A stretch of 64,000 nt of DNA from Planctomycetota bacterium (GTDB lineage Bacteria; Planctomycetota; PLA2; JAEUHO01): the NCBI GenBank assembly GCA_050248855.1, contig JBFWRP010000023.1, forward strand, positions 1-64,000, written 5' to 3'. The position numbers were made by a program, and so were the translations under genes. The notes beneath the pieces were generated by a model, which was given only the letters and a program-made list of their open reading frames with translations, made no database searches and had not been told where the DNA came from. Positions within the stretch are counted from its first letter, which is position 1. Each line of letters opens with the position of its first letter. Positions 8,599 to 16,480 of this stretch are shown here, piece after piece.

Positions 8599-10887
8599 TC
8601 AGGCTCCGTCCTCGCCGGGGAAGGCATCGTCGCCGAACAAGTCGCCCGACGTGGACTCGCCGGGCAAGCCCTCGTGGCGCGACGTGCCGACCCGCGCCTC
8701 GTCGTCGCCGCGGCGCACCGTGCGCCGCGGCCAGGGGTCGATGGCCAGCTCGACGACGTCGGGGCGGCCCAGGGCGCCCTCCACGTCGTGCAACAGCCGA
8801 TCCATGGGCGGCCGGTCGTCGCTGCGCACGCGATGACGCACGCGCAGGCGCGGCGGCCCCTCGCCCAGCCCGGGCTGCACGACCTCGGTGACCACGGCGG
8901 CGGAGGGCCCGGCGCCGCGGCGGTAGGTCGGGGGCAGGTCGTCGGCCCACCAGCCGGCGACTTCCGGGTAGCGCTCCGCGTCCACGCGGGCGAAGCGCGC
9001 CGACGCCTCGGGATCGCGTTCCTCCACGACCACCGCGGACACGCGGCGGGCCGCGGCTTGGCGAGCGACCTCCTCCACGGCGCGCTCGACCAAGCGCGCG
9101 CGGAGCGCCTGCCGCTCGCGCGGGCTGGGCGAGAGCAGGGCGACCGCGGGATCCAAGCCGACGAGCTGGACGGCGTGGACGGCGGCCTCCAGGTCGACCA
9201 GGGGGTGCGCCCCGCGACGCAGCGCCCAAAGCGGCCCGCCCGGTTCGTCGCCCACGCTCTCGAGGAGCTCGCGGCGCAGGACGGCGGCATCGAGCACCAG
9301 TCCCGCAAGCCGCTCCACTTCGCGTTCGAGCTCGCGCTCGCCGAGGCCGCGCGAGCGGAGCGCGGCGGCCACGAGGTTGATTGCGCCCGCGGAGGCGACC
9401 GTGACGTCGCCGTGCGGGAAGCGCAGCGGATCGGGCGCCTCGGCCTCGGTACGACGCAGCCAGCGGCTGCCGCGCGTGACGCCCTCGCGGCCCTCCAGGA
9501 CGACCAGGGGCTCGCCGCCTTCGACGGCGGTGCGCAGGGCCTCGCGGACCAGGGCGCGCGTCGCCGCGTCGGGCCGCTTCTCGCGGGGCACGACGACCGT
9601 GAGACCGAGGTCCACCCAACGTCCTTCGCGCTGCAGGGCGGCCGTCTCCTGCAACAGGAGTCGCGTCACGCGCAACGCCTCGTCGGCCAGGTCGCCGTAG
9701 CGCAGGCCCGGCGGGGCCGGTGCGGGCACGTGGCGGTGATGCAACCAGGGCGGCACCTCGCTGCGCAGCACCCACTCCACGCGCACGAGGCCGCCGCGGC
9801 CCGGAACGGCGCTCCACACCGGCGCCAGCAGCAGCTCGCGCAGGCGCTCGCGAAGCGCCTCGTCGCCCAGCGACGCCAGGAACGGCGCGAGGAACAAGTT
9901 GACGTGGTCGAGCGCGAGCACGCGGGCCGCATGCGGCCCGTAGGCGAGGGCCACGCCCTCCAGGGCCGCCAAGGCACGTCCCGCGCGGCGCGCCGTGCTC
10001 ACGAGGTCACCCTCGAGGGCACGCTCGGCCACGGCGACGGCGTCGAGACCGATGGCCGTGAGCCGGTGCGGCGCCCCCAGGTCGTACAAGTGGATGTCCC
10101 CGACGCGGTGGGCCTCCGCCACGGCGGTCGGGAGGCGGTGGTCGAGCAGGTGGCGGGCGAACAGGGCCTCGCCAGCCGCCTCGGCCAAGGCAGCAGGCTG
10201 CGGAGCGCGGCGGGCCGTCATGCCGCGCTCGAGCCACGCGTCCACCTCGTCGGCGGGCACCGTGCCGCCGAGCGAGGCGATCTCGCCTTCGCCAAGACCC
10301 CGGTCGAACAGCTCGGCGTGGACCAGCGCTTCCAAGGTCGCGCGGCCGATGCGCGCGCGCCCCGAGCGCACGACGCGCTCTTCGACGGCCCGGGCCACGG
10401 CCTCGGCCTCGGCGCGCGCCAACCCGAGCTGGGCGCGCAGGTCCGCGGCGATGGAGGCCTTGTCGAGGCGGGCCAGGGCCGCTTCGTCGGCCGGCTGGCC
10501 GGGCGCCGGGTCGCCGCCGACCAGGGGTACGGGCCCGGCACCCTCGTCCACCGGCGCGCGCTCGCGCTGGGCACGGCGCGCGACGCGGCCGCGACCGGCG
10601 CGCACTTCGCTCCGGCGCTCGCGGTAGAGGATGAACGTCTTGGCCGTGCGGGCGTGTCCGGCCTCGATGAGCACCTTCTCCACGGCGTCCTGCACGTCTT
10701 CGATGGTGGGGACGCCCTTGACCCGCGCGGCGACCCGGGCCTCGACCACACCTGCCAGCTGGTCGGCGAGGAAGCGATCCTCCCCTCCCACGGCCTGGGC
10801 AGCGCGGAAGATGGCCTCGGCGATCTTGCCCCGCTCGAAGGGCACCAGCCGACCGTCGCGCTTGCGGATCTGCCGGAGAGGCGCCAA
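8599..10887 (-). CDS. ATP-cone protein with a degenerate class III ribonucleotide reductase (NrdD-like) body; probably catalytically dead
   Basis: AGGAGG then TTG at 10887. ATP cone IRKRDGRLVPFERGKIAEAI...IEDVQDAVEKVL; second cone-like segment; NrdD-like AHRVGDIHLYDL, NLFLAPFL, AINL, QLVGL, EASARFARVD. No Cys in 762 aa. Confidence 0.8.
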   Translation of the reverse strand: MAPLRQIRKRDGRLVPFERGKIAEAIFRAAQAVGGEDRFLADQLAGVVEARVAARVKGVPTIEDVQDAVEKVLIEAGHARTAKTFILYRERRSEVRAGRGRVARRAQRERAPVDEGAGPVPLVGGDPAPGQPADEAALARLDKASIAADLRAQLGLARAEAEAVARAVEERVVRSGRARIGRATLEALVHAELFDRGLGEGEIASLGGTVPADEVDAWLERGMTARRAPQPAALAEAAGEALFARHLLDHRLPTAVAEAHRVGDIHLYDLGAPHRLTAIGLDAVAVAERALEGDLVSTARRAGRALAALEGVALAYGPHAARVLALDHVNLFLAPFLASLGDEALRERLRELLLAPVWSAVPGRGGLVRVEWVLRSEVPPWLHHRHVPAPAPPGLRYGDLADEALRVTRLLLQETAALQREGRWVDLGLTVVVPREKRPDAATRALVREALRTAVEGGEPLVVLEGREGVTRGSRWLRRTEAEAPDPLRFPHGDVTVASAGAINLVAAALRSRGLGERELEREVERLAGLVLDAAVLRRELLESVGDEPGGPLWALRRGAHPLVDLEAAVHAVQLVGLDPAVALLSPSPRERQALRARLVERAVEEVARQAAARRVSAVVVEERDPEASARFARVDAERYPEVAGWWADDLPPTYRRGAGPSAAVVTEVVQPGLGEGPPRLRVRHRVRSDDRPPMDRLLHDVEGALGRPDVVELAIDPWPRRTVRRGDDEARVGTSRHEGLPGESTSGDLFGDDAFPGEDGA

Positions 10888-10889
10888 GG

Positions 10890-11522
10890 TCAGTCCTCCT
10901 CGCCGCGGCGCGCCGCGGTCGCCCTTCCCGGGCCTTGGGCTGCCGGGGCCCCACCGCCCGCGCCTCGCGGGCCGCGTCCGCCGCGGTCCTTCGCCGGGCC
11001 GGCGACCTTCTTCGCCCCACGTGCGGCACCCTTCTTGGCGCCGCCCTTGGACTTGCCCTTCGCCGTGCGTCGGCGGTCGAGCATGCCCTCCAGCTCGCGA
11101 AGGAACTCGGTAACGTCTTCGAACTCCCGGTAGACGCTGGCGAAGCGCACATAGGCCACTTGGTCGACCTTGCGCAGCTCCTCCATGACGAGCTCGCCCA
11201 GGTACGTGCTGGGGACCTCGTTCTCGTACTCCTCCAGGACGCGGTTCTCGATGCGTGTCGTGATGTCCTCCAGGACGGGGATCGGGATGGGTCGCTTCTC
11301 GCATGCCTTGATGAGGCCGAACAGGATCTTGCGCCGGTCGAAGGGCTCGCGGTGCTGGTCTTTCTTCACGACGCGGAGCGGGCTCTCCTCGATGCGCTCG
11401 TAGGTGGTGAAGCGCCGCTCGCAGGCCGTGCACTCGCGGCGGCGGCGGATCGCGAAGCCGTCGTTGCTGGCGCGGCTGTCGATGACCTTGTCGTCGTCGG
11501 TCTTGCAGAACGGGCAGCGCAT
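10890..11522 (-). CDS. nrdR: Transcriptional repressor NrdR with a basic C-terminal extension
   Basis: MRCPFC...VIDSR...[22 protein letters not shown] cone, [22 protein letters not shown]. Confidence 0.97.
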   Translation of the reverse strand: MRCPFCKTDDDKVIDSRASNDGFAIRRRRECTACERRFTTYERIEESPLRVVKKDQHREPFDRRKILFGLIKACEKRPIPIPVLEDITTRIENRVLEEYENEVPSTYLGELVMEELRKVDQVAYVRFASVYREFEDVTEFLRELEGMLDRRRTAKGKSKGGAKKGAARGAKKVAGPAKDRGGRGPRGAGGGAPAAQGPGRATAARRGEED

Positions 11523-11742
11523 GGCGGGACGCCCCTCCTGGAGGACGGCGGACTCGGATCTCCCCGGGGCCTCGGCTCCACGGCTCCCCGGGGAGATGCT
11601 CCCCCCGGGACGACCGCGAGAGCCCGGGACCCGGGCACGACACGCCCCACGAAGCCTTGACGAGCGCGAGCCTGGGCCAGCCCGAGCCTGGATCACCGCG
11701 CGAGCCCGACCCGGCCGAGCCAGGCCACGCTCGCCCTTCCGA

Positions 11743-11790
11743 CCCCCATCGGTGGTGCTGACGGAACCCTACCAACACCAGATCTGGTTG
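11743..11790. promoter_or_regulatory. Tandem NrdR-box-like operators
   Basis: ACACCAGATCTGGTTG (11775-11790) fits acaCwAtATaTwGtgt with a palindromic core. A weaker CCCCCATCGGTGGTGC lies 32 bp away (11743-11758). Both are upstream of nrdR. Confidence 0.65.
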
Positions 11791-12163
11791 CAACGGCGGT
11801 GCTTGCGCCGGATCCCGGTTCCGGGGGAATTCGACGCCTGCCGGGGGTGTGCGGCCCCCATAATGAGCCGGCCTCGTGGCCCGGCGGTCCGAGAAGCCGA
11901 ATCCTCGTGGCGCTCCCACGGGGCCGCGGTCTTTCGGGGCGGTGGCGCCTCGTGTCACCATTCCGTGTCCCGGAGGCGCGGGTTGCGCGCTCGCCGCATC
12001 GCTGCGTCGGGTGCGCGGCGAGCCGCCCTTCACGTTCCCGCAGTCACCAGCTTCCACCAGCCACCAGCATCCACCACCCACCAACTTCCTGCAGCAATGA
12101 GCGTCTCGTGGGCGATCCCGCCGCACGGGGCAGCCGCATTCGAGGCCGTCGGAGCCGCGTCCC

Positions 12164-12922
12164 GTGTCCATCGCCATCCTGGCCGACATCCACTCGAACA
12201 TCGAAGCGCTCGAGAAGGTGCTCGAGCACGCCAACGCCCGGGGTGCGACCCGCATCGTCTGCTTGGGCGACATCATCGGGTACGGCCCCAACCCGCGTGA
12301 ATGCCTGCAGCGCCTCTTCGTCTCCGAAGTGGCCATCATGGGCAACCACGAAGAGGCCGTGATGTTCTACGGCGAGGACTTCAACCCGAAGGCGCGGGCT
12401 TCCCTCGAGTGGACGAAGGACCAGCTCAACTCGCCCGAGCACGATCGCACCGAGAACTACGACCTCTGGAACTTCCTCGGGACGATGCAGCAGGTCGTCG
12501 AAGACGGCGACATCATGTACACGCACGGCAGTCCGCGCGTCCCTACGCGCGAATACGTCGTGCCCGTGGACATCAAGAACCGCGAGAAGATCCAGGGCAT
12601 CTTCGATCTGGTGAAGCGCGTCTGCTTCATCGGCCACAGCCACATCCCGCACGTCTACACCAGTGACTTCAAGCACGCGGCTCCCGACGCACTCAACGGC
12701 GCGATCGACCTGCAGAAGCTCGGAGATCGCAAGATCCTGATCAACACGGGCAGCGTGGGCCAGCCGCGCGACGGCGACCCGCGCGCCAGCTACTGCACGT
12801 TCGACGGGCGCATCGTGCGCTTCCACCGCGTTGCCTACGACGTGCAGAGCACCGTCGACAAGATCTACGCCATCGAGCGCATCCCGAACTTCCTGGCCGA
12901 TCGCCTGCTCGTAGGCCGCTGA
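12164..12922 (+). CDS. Metallophosphoesterase (calcineurin-like, YfcE/PrpA-like)
   Basis: DIHSN, LGDIIGYGP, GNHE, HGSP, GHSH, NTGSVGQPRDGDPRA. Confidence 0.93.
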   Translation: MSIAILADIHSNIEALEKVLEHANARGATRIVCLGDIIGYGPNPRECLQRLFVSEVAIMGNHEEAVMFYGEDFNPKARASLEWTKDQLNSPEHDRTENYDLWNFLGTMQQVVEDGDIMYTHGSPRVPTREYVVPVDIKNREKIQGIFDLVKRVCFIGHSHIPHVYTSDFKHAAPDALNGAIDLQKLGDRKILINTGSVGQPRDGDPRASYCTFDGRIVRFHRVAYDVQSTVDKIYAIERIPNFLADRLLVGR

Positions 12923-13112
12923 GAGGCTGAGCAGGAAGGCAGGCTCAGCCTCTCAGGTGCCTGCTGGCGCGGCCTGCCAAGGCAGGCCGACGCTCGAGCC
13001 TGAGACTTCTTCCCAGGCTCGGGGAGGCTGAGCAGAAAGGCACGCTCAGCCTCTCAGGTGCCTGATGGCGCGGCCTGCCAAGGCAGGCCGACGCTCGAGC
13101 CTGGGACTTCTT
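12919..13112 (+). repeat. Two tandem copies of repeat module B, starting on the phosphoesterase stop codon
   Basis: 12919-13010 and 13024-13112 both match 2221-2311. Confidence 0.9.
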
Positions 13113-13114
13113 CT

Positions 13115-13320
13115 CAGTTCTTCATGCCGACGGCAAAGCCCGCACGGAGGCGGGGAATTCTTCCGCAACTTGCCGATGGGCACTTCCGCATGCCGAAGCG
13201 CAGGGCGGCAAGTTGCGGAAGAAATCCCCGCCTCCGTACTGCGTCTCGATGCGCGCGGCACCCCCTCCCATGGAAGCGTGGCTGTCCTGTCCGAGCCCGG
13301 AGTCCAGGCACCTTCCATGG
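13115..13320 (-). mobile_element. 206-bp element (module A), copy 2, inverted, inserted in the tail of module B
   Basis: Reverse complement of 243-448 with few substitutions. Joining the flanks gives acttcttctcaggctctgagcg, similar to the empty B tail at ~2306-2328. Confidence 0.8.
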
Positions 13321-13461
13321 CAGGCTCTGAGCGCGCGTGCGCCCCGCGGGACGCGCCCCCGCGGCTGCGGTGGCGGGAGCTGACGGTCGCGCCAGGGGGG
13401 TCTCGGCCCAAGGTGAAGGGCTACACTCCGCGGCCGACCCCAGGGAGCGAGTGCAAGCGCG

Positions 13462-15444
13462 ATGGAACGCCGGATGCTGCTCGCCGTGGTGCTGTCCTTC
13501 GTGGCGGTCACGGCGTGGACGTTGCTGTTCCCCCCGCCCCGCCCCCAGCCCGACAACGGAGAGGGGCAAGAGGGCCCGGCGGACCCGGGGACCGACCCGG
13601 AAGGCAACGGCGTCCAGCCCCCGGCGCCCGGCGCACCGCAAAGCCCCGCCCCCGGAAGCCCGGCCCCCGGCAGCCCCGCCCCCGGGGACCCGCCTCCCGC
13701 CCAGCCGGGGCCTGCCGTGCACCAGCCGCAGACCGACACGCCTCCCGTGACCGTCACCCGCGAAAGCCCCGAGCTGGCCGTGACCTTCACGAGCCAGGGC
13801 GGGGCCATCGAGAGCGTCGCGCTGCGCACCGCGCTCGAACCGGGCATCGACAAGCCGCTCGACCTCGTGGTGCCCGCCGACCCCCACATGCTGCTCGGCC
13901 AGAGCGATTCCTCGCTCACGACGACTGCCGCCGCCCCCGGTGGCGCCGAGCGCAAGAACGAGACGCCCGGCCCGGAACGCACGCTGCACTGGACCCACGA
14001 CACGGCCTTGGAGGCGGCGACGCCCGAGGACGACGTGGTGTTCACGTTCCGACGCACCGACGGCATCAAGCTGGTGAAGCGCTGGCTGCTCCCGACGCAG
14101 GAGCGCCGTTACGACATCACGTTGAAGATGTCCGCAATCCGCACGGGCGACGGCCCGGCGAAGCTTCCCATGGGCTTGCTCGTGGCGTCGGGCATGCTGC
14201 GCGAGGCCTTCGAGGGCACGTTCGGCAGCCCGAACACGATCGTCGTCATGCGCCAGGGACAGGACGACGTCACCAGCGGTGGCGACCTGGTCCACGGCAT
14301 GCCCGTGACGGAGATCTCGCTCGAGGGCATTCCCCAGCACCTGCGCGTACTGGGTGTGCACAGCAACTACTTCCTCACCGCGTTCTACGCCGACACCATC
14401 AACGGCACCCCCAGCCCCATCTCGATGGCCTGGGCGACGGGCGAGCAGGGCTCGCAGCGCCCGCCCATGCAAGAGCGGCTCGTCAAGTGGTTTCTCGACA
14501 AGCGCGGTCGCAACGCGACGCAGGACGCCGCACTCACGAAGCGGATCGTCGAAGGCGTCGACCAGATGCACCACGCGTGGGCCGTCGTGGAGGTGCCGGT
14601 TGGCGCCGCGAGCGGCACGCCGCCCGCGGAGGCGGAGGTGCGCATCTTCACCGGTCCCTCCGACCGCCGCGTCCTGGCGCAGGACGTCTACGCGCCTCTC
14701 CGACCCGTCCTGACCTATCCCAGCGCACCGGACGTGATCACGCGGTTCCTGCTCTGGATCTACGACTTGTGGCGCAGCCTCCTCGGTAGCGCGGGCCTCG
14801 CCGTGATCTGCATGACGCTCACCGTGCGCGGCGGCCTCATGCCGATCTCCATCCGCAACCAGCTTTCGATGCGTCGCTACAGCCGCAAGGTCGCCAAGGT
14901 CAAGCCCAAGCTGCAACAGCTGCAGCAGAAGTACGCCGCCAACCCCCGCAAGCTCCGCGAGGAGCAGATGAAGCTGTACCGCGAGCACGGCATCGGCTTC
15001 CCGAGCGGCTGTCTGATGATGTTGATCCAGATCCCCATCTTCTTCGCGCTGTTCTCGGGTCTGCGTACCGAGTACACGCTCTGGGGCAAGCCGTTCCTGT
15101 GGATCCGTGATCTCGCCGGCCCGGACCGTCTCGTCGACTTCGGCCGTCCCCTGTTGGACCTGGGGCTGTTCCGCTTCGACGCGATCAACATCCTGCCCAT
15201 CTTGATGGTGGTGGTCTCGATCCTCCACCAGCGCAACATGCCCAAGCCCGCCGACGAGCAGCAGGCGCAGCAGATGCGCATGATGAAGTGGATGCCGATC
15301 TTCTTCGCGTTCCTGCTCTACAACTACACGGCGGCGCTGGCCCTCTACATGGTGTTCAGCGCCCTGATCGGCCTCATCGAGGCCAAGATCGTGCGCGCCA
15401 AGGACGACGCCGAGGTCGCCGCGGCCGCCCCCGCCGCGGCGTGA
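13462..15444 (+). CDS. yidC: Membrane protein insertase YidC
   Basis: MERRMLLAVVLSF anchor, VTFTSQGGAI, GLAVICMTLTVRG, KPKLQQLQQKY, GCL..LIQIPIFFALF, PFLWIRDLAGPD, INILPILM. Confidence 0.95.
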   Translation: MERRMLLAVVLSFVAVTAWTLLFPPPRPQPDNGEGQEGPADPGTDPEGNGVQPPAPGAPQSPAPGSPAPGSPAPGDPPPAQPGPAVHQPQTDTPPVTVTRESPELAVTFTSQGGAIESVALRTALEPGIDKPLDLVVPADPHMLLGQSDSSLTTTAAAPGGAERKNETPGPERTLHWTHDTALEAATPEDDVVFTFRRTDGIKLVKRWLLPTQERRYDITLKMSAIRTGDGPAKLPMGLLVASGMLREAFEGTFGSPNTIVVMRQGQDDVTSGGDLVHGMPVTEISLEGIPQHLRVLGVHSNYFLTAFYADTINGTPSPISMAWATGEQGSQRPPMQERLVKWFLDKRGRNATQDAALTKRIVEGVDQMHHAWAVVEVPVGAASGTPPAEAEVRIFTGPSDRRVLAQDVYAPLRPVLTYPSAPDVITRFLLWIYDLWRSLLGSAGLAVICMTLTVRGGLMPISIRNQLSMRRYSRKVAKVKPKLQQLQQKYAANPRKLREEQMKLYREHGIGFPSGCLMMLIQIPIFFALFSGLRTEYTLWGKPFLWIRDLAGPDRLVDFGRPLLDLGLFRFDAINILPILMVVVSILHQRNMPKPADEQQAQQMRMMKWMPIFFAFLLYNYTAALALYMVFSALIGLIEAKIVRAKDDAEVAAAAPAAA

Positions 15445-15507
15445 AGCCTCGGCACCCGGCAGGACGCTGACGCGGGGGCGTGACCCCGCGCCCGTCGACG
15501 ACGAGGC

Positions 15508-16416
15508 GTGGGCATGCGCTCCTCCTCGTCCACACCCTCCCCCTCGGCCGCGACCTGCGCGACGGCCGCGCCCCCTGCGACGGCCGCGTCCGACACGGCC
15601 GCGTGCGGCGGCAGCCTGGCGGGCGCGGGGCCTGGCGCCGGCAAGCCGCGGCGTGACCTGGTCCACCTGCTGGCCACGCACCCCCACCGGGCACCTGCCG
15701 CAGCGGGCGCTGCTCGGGGTTCCGGCGATGCGCTGGATGGACCCTCAGGGCGACCCGCGGATGCCCGCGCTTGCGCGGAACGCCTCGAGCGACTCGGCGC
15801 CGAGGCCCTGGGCAGTCCCGAGCTGCTCGCGCTTCTCATTGGTCCGCACACCGCCTGTGGCGCGCCGCAGCTGGCCCACGAGCTCCTCGAGGCGTATGGA
15901 TCGCTGCGCGGCCTCTCCCGGGCGGCCGCCGCCGACCTGACGCGGCGCCATGGGCTGGGCCGCGTGGCCGCACGCCGGGTCGTGGCCGCCCTCGGCTTGG
16001 CCCGGCGTGCCGCGTCGGAAGCGCTGGTTCGCGGCGCACGCCTGGCGACCAGCCAGCAGATCTTCGAGGCCTACCACCTGCTGCTTCGCGACCTCGCCAA
16101 GGAGCGCTTCCTGACCATCCTCGTGGACGGCAAGAACCGCGTCATCGGCGAAGTGGTGGTGTCCGAGGGCATCCTCACGGCCAGCCTCGTGCACCCGCGC
16201 GAGGTGTTCACGCCGGCGCTGCGTGCCGCCGCCGCGGGCATGGTGTTGGTCCACAACCATCCGTCGGGCGATCCCGATCCAAGCCCCGAGGACCACGAGG
16301 TCACGCGCCGTCTCGTGGCCGTCGGGGACCTGGTCGGCATCCGCGTGCTCGACCATGTGGTCATCGGTGACGGTCGCTACGTCTCGTTCCTGGAACGAGG
16401 TTGGCTGCCGGCGTAG
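15508..16416 (+). CDS. radC: RadC-family JAB-domain protein (start uncertain, probably downstream of 15508)
   Basis: ERLERLGAEALGSPELLALLI, SEGILTASLVHPREVF, VHNHPSGDPDPSPED, VLDHVVIG. Confidence 0.9.
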   Translation: MGMRSSSSTPSPSAATCATAAPPATAASDTAACGGSLAGAGPGAGKPRRDLVHLLATHPHRAPAAAGAARGSGDALDGPSGRPADARACAERLERLGAEALGSPELLALLIGPHTACGAPQLAHELLEAYGSLRGLSRAAAADLTRRHGLGRVAARRVVAALGLARRAASEALVRGARLATSQQIFEAYHLLLRDLAKERFLTILVDGKNRVIGEVVVSEGILTASLVHPREVFTPALRAAAAGMVLVHNHPSGDPDPSPEDHEVTRRLVAVGDLVGIRVLDHVVIGDGRYVSFLERGWLPA

Positions 16417-16480
16417 CCGCTCGGCGCCCGCGTGCGGCACTCGGCAAGCTGCGGAAGGAACCCGCGCCTCCTGGCTGCAT

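Noticed and set aside
5074..11133. 2019-aa plus-strand ORF, and similar long ORFs such as 26903-32758 (minus), 17036-20101 (plus) and 41631-44786 (plus)
   Set aside because: Antisense or off-frame shadows of real genes; stop codons are rare in high-GC DNA, and these have no recognisable domains.
12054..12068. Two overlapping GCTGGTGG (E. coli Chi) on the minus strand
   Set aside because: Chi sequences are lineage-specific and this is not an enterobacterium; treated only as a direct-repeat cluster.
13618..13690. Tandem PAPGS repeat in YidC and the 18-bp repeat at ~25513-25560
   Set aside because: In-frame low-complexity linkers; no sign of phase variation.
15508..16416. radC as a marker of a prophage or ICE
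   Set aside because: It is the long chromosomal-type RadC, and no integrase, att-site tRNA or conjugation/phage genes are nearby.
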